A stretch of DNA of 64,000 bases from Podarcis cretensis (lineage: Eukaryota), in NCBI GenBank assembly GCA_951804945.1, contig OX638161.1, positions 1,178,001 to 1,242,000 on the forward strand, in the 5' to 3' direction. Under the pieces are notes generated by a model. The model made no database searches and was not told the origin of the DNA. It was given only the letters and a program-made list of their open reading frames with translations. This document shows, piece by piece, positions 23,701 to 37,000 of the stretch. Made by a program: the position numbers and the translations under genes. Position 1 is the stretch's first letter. Each line of letters opens with the position of its first letter.

Positions 23701-26700
23701 TGGAATACCTCTACAGTGAAGATGGCAGCTTCCACTTCCTGGAGCTGAATCCGCGCCTGCAGGTGGAACACCCTTGCACCGAGATGATTGCTGATGTTAA
23801 CTTACCTGCTGCCCAGCTTCAGGTAATTCAGATGCTACTAAATGGGGTTTTTGTCCCATGGCCCTCCCCAGCCAGCATGGCCAGTGGTCAGGAAAGATGC
23901 GTGTTGTAGTTCCAGCAACATCTGGAGGACCACAGGGGACCCATCCCTGTTCTCTAGGACTAGCGGGAAGCAGGATCTTTGCAGGGACCTAGAAATTTCT
24001 AAGCCTGGTGTTGTTCTCATACCACCAAAAGTCAGTCTCTTTAAGGTCTTTTTCATTGTAGTAATTTATTTATTGCATTTTTATCCCATCTTTTCCTCCA
24101 TGGTGCTCCAGGGTGCCATATGTTCTCCCTCTTCACGTTTATTCCCCCAACCCTCCTTTACCTACCCAGTGAAGTAGGTGAGGCAGAGAGGCAGTGATTC
24201 AGTGACTGGCACAAGGTCACACCCAGTGAGCCTCATGGGCAAGGAGGGATTTGAACCCTGATATCCCAGGTCCTCGTCCAGCACACCAGCCACACTGGCT
24301 CTCCAGTTGCAGTAAAGAATGTAGGAAGAGCCCTGCTGGATCCGGCCAAGCGCCCATCTAATCCAGCAACCTCCTTCCCACAGTGGCTGGCCAGGTGGGA
24401 ATGTAGCAGAGAAAATAACCGGAGACTGAAGTGAGCTTGCAGACCCTGGTTAAGAGGGGAACCTGATTAGTGCTAAACATGATTAAGACTTAGTGCACAT
24501 GTACTCTTCAACTGTGGATGAGTGTATGGGAGCCTGTAAGAGAGAGAAAAAAGGAGTATGGGATTTTTACACGCCGCTCCTAATCTCTTAGCTGCAGTTG
24601 AGACTATGGGTTCATCCACACTCCCACTTGCTTTCTGGAATCATAGAATCATAGAATCATAGAGTTGGAAGAGACCACAAGGGCCATCGAGTCCAACCCC
24701 CTGCCAAGCAGGAAACACCATCAGAGCACTCCTGACATATGCTTGTCAAGCCTCTGCTTAAAGACCTCCAAAGAAGGAGACTCCACCACACTCCTTGGCA
24801 GCAAATTCCACTGTTGAACAGCTCTTACTGTCAGGAAGTTCTTCCTAATGTTTAGGTGGAATCTTCTTTCTTGTAGTTTGGAGCCATTGCTCCGTGTCCG
24901 CTTCTCTGGAGCAGCAGAAAACAACCTTTCTCCCTCCTCTATGTGACATCCTTTTATATATTTGAACATGGCTATCATATCACCCCTTGACCTCCTCTTC
25001 TCCAGGCTAAACATGCCCAGCTCGCTTCTAGGCACAGGTCTGAGCAGTTACCCCCTTTCCCCACTCCTTTCCCATGGAAAATCCATTCTTTAGTACTAAA
25101 TTAGAGCAAACATCAATCTGGAGAAAACCCGAATTGCACTTTGCTCTGATTGAGCACCAAAAAGCAGTTTTCTCTTGGGGGAAGCAGAGGGAAAAGAGGA
25201 AATGTGAATAAGCCTTTAAGGGTTATCTGCATTCACTTGGCAGTTTATTTCATTTTCCTGTTGTTTCCCTAATTGTTAAGTTCTGGTTTATATTTGAGCT
25301 TTCACGTGATGTAAAAGACACTTCCTGAAATATAGTGGAATATAGCACAAGTTTAGCACTTGTTTCCATGTTATTTGCAAATAGATTTATTTTCTGGAAG
25401 CAAATATCATGGAAATGAGTGCTAAATGTACACCATATTACCAGAAGTAGTTTTTATGTTATCTGAAAACTCAAATAGAATGCAGAAATTAACAGTCAGG
25501 GAAATGTCAAGAAAACAGAATGAACTGCCATGGAATGCAGCCAATATCTTGCCATGTGTTCTGATGCAAAGAAGATAACTGCATCCCATGAAATAAAATG
25601 TTTGTAAAAGCATCTGGAAAGGACCCTGAAAGGTCCAAGGAATTCTGTTTCCTTTTGCCCCTTCTTTTCTCTTCCTCCTCTCAGATTGCCATGGGTGTGC
25701 CTTTGCACAGACTGAAGGACATCCGAGCCCTCTATGGAGAAGCCCCCTGGGGGGATTCTCCCATTGCCTTTGAGAGCCCCAGCAATGTGCCCGTCCCCAG
25801 GGGCCACGTGATTGCAGCACGGATAACCAGTGAAAATCCTGATGAGGTCAGTCATGGAGACTCAAACTGTCCTTACCTGCAAGGAGATGGAGAGGGGATG
25901 CTGAGAGAGCTTGGGTCCACATTGCAAGCATGTGGGATGTGAATCCTTTTATCAAGCAGTGTCAAACCTCTGTGCAACAGGAGGAGTTCGCAAATTGCCT
26001 ATTGTTTATTTATTTAATTTTTTGGGACCCCAGCTTTCCACCTAAGGTTCTGTTATGTTGCTTACAATCTAAAAATGAAATAAAAGCACAATCCAGCAAC
26101 CATTAAATATGAACATATAACAATGAAGTTTATTATTAAATATTATTATTCAAGATGAAGCAGCAAGGACTAGCAGACGCAGTAAAATACAATTAAGTCC
26201 AGGATTGCTTGGAGAAGATCTTGCAGGAACTCAGATGACCCTGCAAGATCTGCAAGAGCCCCCCCCCCCCTTAATGAGGGCACTGCCTGGGCCTTGCCCC
26301 TTCAAGCAAGATGGGGAGCATCAAAGTGGACACAAAAAGAGCTTTTAAGCTTTCCGCCTAGCTTGCATTTAACTTGTGGAATTTCAATCATGTTCTACCA
26401 CGTATGGTTGAAATAATTCAAGTTAAGAGTGAGTGCCTATGATACGATCACACTGTAGTAAAGACCTGGGGACATTAAAGCCCACATCCGGTTTTTCTTA
26501 GTACCGGTCAGGTAACAAGTCAGTGACTCTGCTGTCTCATGTTTACCATTTTTGTGGCAAGCTGCCTTTTGAGACCTCACTTAAAAGTTGGCAGGGAAAT
26601 AAGACAAAAGTGTAAACGCATGTTCTCCCCACTTTCCTGCTCCCCGTGTCTCTCTTTTGCACCTTGCAGGGCTTCAAGCCAAGCTCTGGCACCGTGCAGG

Positions 26701-29700
26701 AGCTGAATTTCCGCAGCAACAAGAACGTCTGGGGGTACTTCAGTGTGGCAGCCACTGGCGGCTTGCATGAATTTGCTGACTCTCAGTTTGGACACTGTTT
26801 CTCCTGGGGAGAGAACCGAGAGGAAGCCATCTCGTGAGTATTTCACTGTCATCAACCTTAGTGGCCTTAAGGAGTTGGGAGCAGGTTACCTGCAAGATCA
26901 CCTTGCCCTGCATATGCTCACTTGACTGCTTTGAGCTTCAGAATGGGCACCCTTGGAGGTGCCACATAACATTTGTTCCACAATGTGGCCGCACCACACT
27001 TTGGAACTCCCTGCCTATAGATACCACTGTGAATCTATACAGTGAATAGATATTCACTGTATTCTTTTTCACACCTGTGAGAACCAGTTTTGTTTAGGCA
27101 AGCCTGCCCAGATACATTGAATGTTGGCATGTTGTTTTAATCTGATTTTAGCTTATCACTGAGGTTAATTATTATTTGAATGTTTTAAATAGCTGCTTTT
27201 AACTGTTGCATCACCCCTGGCCTTTGGCCATGCTTGCTTGGGCTGATGGGAGTTGTAGTTCAGCAACATCTGGAGGGCCAAAGCTACCCCACCCCTGCAG
27301 TAAGTTAAAACAAGAGCCATGATGTTGGGCTGTGAGCTTTCCCCCTCAAATGGCAGTCACCAAAGTGTAGCTTGAGGATAAGGAAATGTGCGGCTTCATG
27401 ATGTGATGGTAAACTTTTTAGATGATCAGACTGCAATCCTATCCACATCTGTTTGGGAGTAATCCCAACTGAGTGAATGCAAAGGGTTGCCCTGCAGATG
27501 TTATTAGGGAGAGGAGAGAAGGAGATGCAAGACTGCCTCTTTTCATACCAGCATTTACAGTAACATCTACCATAATTCCAGGCTGTGATTGGATGATACT
27601 TCAGAATGGCCTTGCTTCACCCCCTGATAAATCAAATTTCCAGCTATCTTTTTGAGAAAAGCAAATTTATTGTTGTATGCAGAGTCTAGATAAAAAATAA
27701 AAATAAAATCTCCTGAGGCAGATCTGTACCTTAATAAGAAGGGTTATCTTCTCAGAAACTTAGTAGTAGCTCTGAAGGAGCTGTCCATCCGTGGGGACTT
27801 CAGGACAACAGTCGAGTACCTGGTCAAGCTGCTGGAAACAGAGAGTTTCCAGGCCAACGAGACTGACACCAGCTGGCTAGATCACCTGATTGCAGAGAAA
27901 GTGCAGGTGAGCCGAGCTCCGGGTGCCAGTCATTTATGCCATGCTTCTGAATATATACTGCATATTTTTTATTAACCTTTTGGGATTCAAAGATGTGAGC
28001 ACCTTAGTCTGAATTCTTTCTTCTTATGAAGAAGTTGTCTGTCTATTGGTCTGCCTACATTATTTTCCCTTCAGGCAGAGAAGCCAGACACTATTCTGGG
28101 CGTGGTCTGTGGCGCTCTCAACGTGGCGGATGCTCTGTTCAGGACGTCTATGGATGATTTCCTGCATTCGCTTGAAAGGTAAAGCGCCACCTAAAGGAGT
28201 GTTGGGGGTGTTACACCACTCAGCCGCATTTGAGAAACTCTTCCTACTCACCTGGGCTTTGGTGCTGACTTGCAGTCGCAAATTATGTTGCAGGGAGTGG
28301 CAGCATAGCTAAAGAGCAGCTGTCCGAGCATAGCAGCAAAGTGTGTGTGTGTGTGGAATGCTTAGAGTATTCTAAAGGTGCTCTGCAGATCTGTCTTCAA
28401 AAGATTGTTCTGAAGAGTAACTGAAGGGCGGTGGAGAGGGGAGGAAGAGGATTGTAGGGCAATTTTTGTGCTAAGGTGGGATTGTCTTCCAGGGGCCAAG
28501 TACTACCAGCAGCCTCACTTTTGAACATTGTTGACGTTGAGCTTATTTACGAAGGCATGAAATACTCACTCAAGGTAATGCTTGCAAAAGGTTGATCCAA
28601 AGGGGAAGGCTCAGAGAGCCAGTTGATTTGTGTGCCAAATGTCCCAGGCTCAGTCCGCAAAGACTACTCCAGTTAGGCTGGGGAAAGGCTCCTGTCTGAA
28701 GCCCTGGAGAGCCCCTGCCAGCCAGTGCAGGCAACACTGGGCTACATGGACTAGACACAAGGCGGCTTCCCACTGGGAGTCTTGGTATGCGGGGTGCGGC
28801 TTGGGAACTTGATTGGAGAGCAGACTGTACCTGTTGCTTAGGGAGTAAGAAGATAATGAAGTTGTTCATCATGGGACATAAATACAGGTGCCACTACCTG
28901 AACATAATCAGTCCTCAGGAAATGGTTTGTCATGAGAGTGTTTGTGTAACAAGTCAACATTTTCTATTGATTCCTATGAGGAAATGTATAATGCTTTTCT
29001 GACCACGCAATTTTGTCCCCAAAATGACGAAAAGACCCAGGAAACCCCTCTGAAACCTTGCAAAAAGCAACCAAGGAAGGGAAGAATGCTCTTATTTTCC
29101 CCATCTCTCCCCCTTCACCCCCACCATGGTTTCGGCAGGACAGCTGCTGCAGGCCAGCCAAACATGAAAAGCAAGGCTTTCTTGAGGCAGCTTATCTACA
29201 CGCAGCTTATCTGGCTGTTTGAATATCTGAATCTGCAGTGTGTATTGTGAGGTTGGAAGTGGGCAGGGTGATAGATGGGGTAACTTGGGGGTTTCCTTCC
29301 CACTCTGAGGGGAAGATGGGTAAAAAGGCTCCCGTTTTCTTTTTCTGGCGCTTGGGCAGGTTGCTCGCCAGTCGCTGTCTACCTACGTGATCATAATGAA
29401 CAACACCCACATAGAGATCGACGTCCACAGGTTGAATGACGGGGGGCTCCTGCTCTCCTACGATGGCAACAGTTATACCACGTACATGAAGGAAGAAACG
29501 GACCGGTAAGTGGATTTCTGAGCTGCTGCTTCTTGCTCTTTGTGGAATCCAGTTCAAGGCTTAGCAAGGGAGAGAAGCTTTTCCAGGCCATCTACAAGGG
29601 AAGAGAGCGGCCTTGTCTGGGCACACGTGCAGCAGCCGTTTGCTCGCAATTAAGTCGCAGTTGCCTGTGATGGAATGGCTAGCAGCTTAGGCTGGGAGCT

Positions 29701-32700
29701 GTAGGCCAGGGCTGTGCATTCACTTTGGCTGTCAGGTCCTGCATTCAATTCCCAGACCAGATAAGACAAATCTTTAGAAGAGGGAGGAAAGATTAGCATA
29801 AAAGCAATAACAGCTCACATAGAAAAAGGGGGGAACTCTAAAGAAAAGCAAAACAACTAGAGCTGCAGTGTTAAAGTTATAAGTAGCTAGATTAATCAAC
29901 TAAATGGTGCCTCAATTAATTGGGCCGCAGATTTTAATTTTTTTTACATGTGCAAATACTATTTTTAATACAACTATTTATTAAAACTGCTTATATGGTT
30001 GGCAGGTGGCAGTGATCTGTTTTAATCTGGTTTTTTGTTATAGCATAAATCTGAAGCAAAAAAAGCATGAGAGTTGGAAGGGACCCCCAGGGGTCATCTA
30101 GCCCAACCCCCGCAATGCAGGAATCACACCTGAAGAATCACCCACAGGTGGCCATCCAACCTCTGTTTCAAAACGTCCAAGGAAGGGAGAATCCTCCACC
30201 TACTGAGGTTGGGCGTTCCACATCCTGTGCTTGAGAACTATTCTGTACATTCATTGGCAAATTAATCACACACACCCCCCATTAAATTAGTTTAAATATT
30301 TAAAATTAATATCTAACTTAAGATTTCTTGGTCACAGCAACTGATGGAAAGATGCAACGGTAAAGGGACACCCTTCTCTCTGCAATGGGTAGCAGTTAAC
30401 ACCCTAAAAGCTAACCCCCCCCCCGTCTCTTTTCGACTCCAGATACCGCATCACCATTGGCAATAAAACCTGCGACTTTGAAAAGGAGAACGACCCAACC
30501 TTGCTCCGTTCTCCCTCTGCTGGGAAGCTCCTGCAGTACACGGTGGATGATGGGGGACACGTCTGTGTGGGCCACAGCTATGCGGAAATCGAGGTAGCTC
30601 TGGCATTTGGCCGGCTGGGAAGCATTTCTGAGGATGCTCTGGAGCTGCCTTCCCAGCCACCGCATGGCAGGGGCAAACGGGAGCGTATTGGGCGCAATGA
30701 ACTTTCAGCTGCAGAGTGTGTGGGGATGAGGGGATCATTTCTGGGGTGCCCCCTTTCCCTGGATGCCCCAAGCGCACACTTATTTTGCTGAAGGGCTAAT
30801 CCAGCCCTGCGTGAATCCAGCTTTCATCCGAGGCCTGTCAGCAAGGGTGAGGAAGCCTCCTGTCACTCTCCAAACAGGTGATGAAGATGGTGGTGACCTT
30901 GGCAGTGGAGGAATCGGGCCTCATCCATTACGTGAAGCGGCCAGGTACATTGCTGGAGACGGGCTGTGTTGTGGCGAGGCTTGAGCTGGACAACCCCACC
31001 AAAGTCCACCTGGTAAGTGAGCCGAGGCTGATTGGGAAAGGAAGGTGTGTCTGGCTGGGCTCTCTTCCGCCTCTGCTCCGCCCTTCCGGATTCTAAAAGG
31101 ATTTTCTCTGCTTTCTTCCTTCTTGTGCTGCCCTCCCCAATGTCTCCCCATCCCCACCTCCAGGCCCAGTTGTACACCGGTGGGCTGCCCACTCAACAGC
31201 CCCTGCCCATCCTCGGTGAGAAATTGCACCAGGTCTTCCACAACGTGCTGGAGAGCCTGATGAACATCATGAATGGATATTGTTTGCCAGAGCCGTATTT
31301 CAGCACCAAAGTAAGGGGGGGGTCTCCTTGTGTGCAAAGACCCTGGCTGGTTTTGCATGTGTGAGTTTTTGTAATATGATTTTTATTAAGATTAATCTAA
31401 AACAATACAAACAACAGATCTATCAGTCAAAGCCAAGTCCCACACCCTCTCATGCCAGATGCTTCACTTGTCCTGCACAGAAAGCCAGGAGGTTGTGGGT
31501 TGCCCTGGAGGCCAACAAAGTCCCACCGGGACAGGAAGCCTTCTTCTCATCTCCTTCCTGCTGGGGGGAGCGAGGGGGTGGCAGGGCCGAGCCACGTCAG
31601 AGGCTGTGCTGGTAATGCGGAATAGGGCTCAGCGGTTCCTGGCAGGAACAAGCCAGGGATCTTCCACGAGCAAAGCAAGGGGGGCCTCCTCCTTGTGCTT
31701 GGCAGGCTCCCAGGAAGTCCTGGCCAAAGCTGGCTTTCCTTGTGCAGAACTTCTCTTAATACAGTCATACCTCGGGATAAATACGCTTCAGGTTGAGTGC
31801 TTTCGGGTTGTGCTCCGTGGCGACCCGGAAGTAATGGAGTGCGTTACTTCCAGGTTTCACCACTCGTGCATGCACAGACGGTCAAAATGACGTCACTCGC
31901 AGGCGCGGAAGCGGCGAAACGCGACCCGTGCACGCGCAGACGCACTGTCGCGTCTTACGTTCTGTTCAGGATGCGAACGGGGCTCCGGAACGGATCCCGT
32001 TCGCATCCCGAGGTACCACTGTACTTCCCTTGGGTTGCTTGGCAGTCCCCATACCAATAGAGCCCCTCAGCACAAACTGCCGATGCCCCTGAACTTGCCT
32101 TTTCCCAAACTGAATCTGTGTCTTATTTGGGAGGTCCTTGTGTCCCTGATAATTTACTCCTTTTTGATGTTGTTTTTCAGCTCAAAGAATGGGTCTTCAA
32201 GCTGATGAAGACCCTCCGGGACCCCTCTCTTCCTCTCCTGGAGCTGCAGGAGATCATGACAAGCATTTCGGGCCGCATCCCGCCATCTGTGGAGAAGTCA
32301 ATCCGGAAAGTGATGGCCCAGTATGCCAGCAACATCACCTCAGTGCTGTGCCAGTTCCCCAGCCAGCAAGTGAGGGCTGCAGTGGGGAGGGGGAGGGCAG
32401 GTGATGCCAGGAGGACTGGGGGTGGGCTGCCTTCAAAGAAATGCTGGGGAGGCCCAGGGGGGATCCTGAGAGAACGGGGGGTGTTCTTGAGCTTTGTGCA
32501 GAGTTTCCCCTCCCCTCCCCCTCCCTAGGTCTGTGTAACTGAAGTTACTGCTCTTCTCCAGTTGGCATGCAGGGGTCCTCCAGATTGTGATGTGTTAATA
32601 TGCGACAGCAAAGGGGTCTAATGCAATCCTGGGCTGCATCCACAGAAGTCTAGTGTCCAGCTCAAGTCATTGTACAGCTCTATTCTGCCTTTGTCAGGCC

Positions 32701-33965
32701 CCACCTGGAATCTTTGTCCAGTTCTGGGCGTCACAATTTAAGACGGATATGGACAACCTGGAAGGTGTGCAGAGGAGGGCGACCAAGATGATCAAGGGTC
32801 TGGAAACCCAGCCTGATGAGGAACAGGTTGAAGGAGCTGGGGATGTTTAGCCTGGGAAAGAGGAGACTGAGAGGGGACTTGGCCTTACTTTCTGTATAGG
32901 AAGGCGCTCATACAGAGGATAGAGTGAGCTTGGTTTCTGCTGCTCTAGAGGGTAGGACATGAACCAATGAATTCAACTTTCTGATGGTAAGAGCTGTTCA
33001 GTAGTGGAGTGGACTCCCCCAGAAGGCTCTCCTTCACTGGAGGTTGTTAAACAGAGGTTGGGGATTATTTTGCTGTGATTCCTGCATGGCTGGGAGTTGG
33101 ACTGGATGACCCTTGAGGTCCCTTCCAGTCCTACAGTTCTTTGATTCTATGAACATGCTCTGCTGCTCTGGAGAAAGAAGCATGGGCACAGAACTGAAAG
33201 TGCAGAAACAGGCAGCTCCCAAGTCATCTCCTCTAGTTTTTCTCCTTGCCCTCTCTTTTGTTCCTGTAAAAGACATGCTAGGGTCCATAAACAGCTTCAG
33301 GGGAGATGGCTCTTGTGCTCAGGTCCTGCTTGCAGATGTCGTGCAGGCATCTGCTTGGCCCCTGTGAGAACAGGAGGCTGGACTAGATGGGCCACTGGCT
33401 GGATCCAGCAGCCAGGCTCTTCTGATGTTCTTTTGCCTCCCAGATTGCCAGCATTCTGGACAGCCATGCAGCCACCCTGCAGCGGAAAGCTGACCGGGAG
33501 GTCTTCTTCCTGAACACCCAGAGCATCGTGCAGCTAGTTCAGAGGCAAGTTCAGGGGGTGGGCACCCTGCCTTTCTCTTCACTTACATGCAGCATACATT
33601 CCCTACACCCAATGTGTGTGCTGGGTGTCTAGTTTTTTTCTGCTTTCCTAGCTGGGGCTGATTTGAGTTGTAGTCAAAAACATCTAGACAGCACCAGGTT
33701 GAGGAAGGCTGGTTTAATGAATATGCTGTGGCCTTGCCTAGAAGGAGGAGAGTTGCAGCAAACAGCCCATTGGGGGCCTTTTCCTACATTATATATTTGA
33801 AAGTTGTTTCTTTCTTTAAGATTTCATAACTAAATTTTGCATGGTGGCTCCTCAGTTCAAGAATTGGATTTTCATTTACATTGGGATACAGTTGCATACC
33901 ATTTTGAATCAAGAATTGGTTTCTTAGAATTCCAGAGCAACACAGGGGACAAGGCTGTTAGTGAT

Positions 33966-34008
<43 letters not shown>

Positions 34009-37000
34009 TTAAATCTCCAGTTCAACTTGCTCTGACCTGATACATAAATTATGTGCTTCCTTTTTTAAAAAAAGGCAAAACCTTCATACTTTTTCATCTA
34101 CATTATTCAAACAGCTATGCTTCACAATTAAATTCCTCAAGCTAGCAACATGACATTTTTAGCTGAGAGTTGAAAATACTTTACAAGAGGTGGCGTTGCT
34201 CATCCTACCAATGCCTGTTGTAAACAGGCTGAGCAGGTTTTTCTCTTGCAATAGAAACCTGCAAAGCCTATTTAACCAAAATCAGTGGGACAAAGCTATG
34301 TAGGTGCTCACTGCGAGAAGCAAAGCCCCTGTGAACCCACCTTCAGCTCTCCAAAAGCTCTTGTCAACCCCAGCAAGAGAGGAATAGACCTGTTCCCCTC
34401 GTCTAGGTATCGCAGTGGCATCCGAGGCCACATGAAATCCGTCGTGTTGGATCTCCTAAGGTGTTATTTGCAGGTGGAGACCCAGTTCCAGCAAGGTAGG
34501 CTCAACAACAGGTTTGCCGCTCTTCGGTCATCACGGGAGTGAAAGAGGGAGACCAAATCTGACAAGCACCCCTTTTTATTTTCCCTTTTCGTCTCAGCTC
34601 ACTATGACAAATGTGTGATCCACCTACGCGAGCAATACATGCCCAACATGACCCCGGTTCTGGAATGCATTTTCTCCCATGCGCAGGTGGCAAAGAAGAA
34701 TCTCCTGGTGACGATGTTGATTGTGAGTAGCAGGAGGAACAAGGAAGGGGCTTCCTGGGGAGCCACAGATTTTTGTGTGTGTATGTGTGCAGCAGGTCTG
34801 TGGCCCTCCGGGCCTGGTTGGATGGCAGCATCCATCTTCCCTGGCCATCGGTCATTCTGACTGGGGCTGGTGGGAGTTGTTGTTTGGCCACCTCTGGAGC
34901 AGCCCCCAGACTCACCATTCATTCAAAATTTTATTGGTATGATGCTTTTCTACAAAAATGAATCTTGCTCAAAGCAGCTTGCAACAAAGAAAACAGGAAG
35001 GCATTTCGAAATCAGCCACTGCAAGAGCAATTTCATTTCCCAATAGCATAATAGCAAATGTAACAGCATACAAAAGTGCCAACATTTCAATACCAATACT
35101 GTATAATAAGATTACGCTAACAACATTGTGCCTCTTGGCAATAGCAAAAATATCAAGGGAGCTGCTGGAAACCCCTCTTCCGAGATGTTGTTGCTGGTTC
35201 CTTTCTACATTGGTGCAGGAAGAGATAATACAGTCTGGCATTTTTTACCTCCAGGATCACCTTTGTGGCCGAGACCACACCCTGACCGATGAGCTGATGG
35301 CCATTCTGAATGAGCTGACTCAGCTTAGCAAAACAGAGCACTCCAAAGTGGCCTTGAGGGCCAGGCAGGTCAGTGGGACTCCCATCTTCTTCTTTCATTC
35401 CTGGAACTGCAGGCATTTTGTGCCAAGGCTTTGTGTTGCTGCCTAAGGGGAGAAGGTTCCAAACAGCCCCATGTCAAGCTTTGCATGCCCTGGAGGAGGG
35501 TTTGGGTTTCTCAAGGAATCTGAGGAGACCTTCCAGAGCACCTGGCATGGATGGGAAGAGTGTGGCTCTCTGGATGTTGTTGGGCACTCAACACCCAGCA
35601 GCCAGCATGGCCAGTTGTCTCAGGATGATGGATGTTGTAGCTCAGTGACATCTGGAGGGCTACAGATGTTCCTTCTCCTTAGCATTGACTCTGTGTTTGA
35701 CAGAAAGAGGATGATCCTGATATGCCCAGGTGGTAACTCTTCAGATTCCAGCTACAATGCATTTTGCAATATGGCCAACCTGATTCTGTTGGTTTTTTGT
35801 CCTGTTTTGTTTTTTACAAATTTACTCAGCATTTTAAACTCATAGAATCATAGAATCATAGAGTTGGAAGAGACCACAAGGGCCATCGAGTCCAACCCCC
35901 TGCCTGTATTGCTTCTGCTTATTAACCCCCTCCAACTGTAATGCTTCTGCTTATTGCGATGTGTTGCTGTTGTGCTTTATTTCTGATGTTTTGTTTTCCT
36001 GCTGTATTCTATATTTTGCATTTATTATTTTTATGTTTAAGGTGTTGTCTGTGAATGACAACAAGATTAACAGTTTGATTTATACTTTGGGGTTAAAACA
36101 GATGGTGCTCTAGTTTTTGTATGTGTCAGCATGGAAAGACCATTTGAAAATGTCTGGTCTTTGAAATCTCAGAAGAGATAGGGGCACTTTCAGTGTCTTT
36201 CCCCACTAACTTTTACATCTCCATTGTCTCCTGATCTTTTGCTTCCACGCTTTTCAGATCGTTTGAAATCCTCCGTCTTGGAGGCAGAATAAATGGCACA
36301 AAAGTTAGCAATTGTGCACAAATCTTGCTTTTCACTTGTATGTTTCAAAAGGTTTGCTGGGGCCTTGAAAGGCCCCCTGTGATTCCTCTCTCCTTGCTTC
36401 CCTTGGGCCGGTTGAACCCAAGCCCCTTTTTGTTCTCAGGTGCTGATTGCCTCCCACCTCCCTTCCTACGAACTGAGGCACAACCAGGTGGAATCCATTT
36501 TCCTCTCAGCCATAGACATGTACGGACACCAGTTCTGCCCTGAAAACCTAAAGGTGACCTGGATTGCTTGTTAGGTCTGGCTCTTGCAACTGGCAGCATC
36601 TGTTCACACTAAAGAGCCATTGTCGTGTCTTGGCAAGAGTGCTGGACTAGGACCCAGGAGAGACCGGGGTTCAAATCCCCACTTGGCCATGAGGCTCCCT
36701 GGGTGTCCTTGGGCAGTCACTCATGCTCAGCCAAACCTACCTCACAGGGTCGTTTTGAGGATAAAATGGGGAGGAAGAGAATTGTGTGTGGCACCTTGAG
36801 CTCCTAGGAGAGAAAAACAGGTCGGATACGAATACATGACATAAACTTGAGTCACGCTTTAGCCAAGAAGTACTCAGGGGTGGAGCTGGTCCTTTGCCCA
36901 GAGTCAGTCTATCAAATCCCTCATTTTTAAAAAAGTAAATAAACTTAGCTGAGAAAGACCCCTGCATGCTTATCAGAGAAGACAGCATTTTCAAACTATA

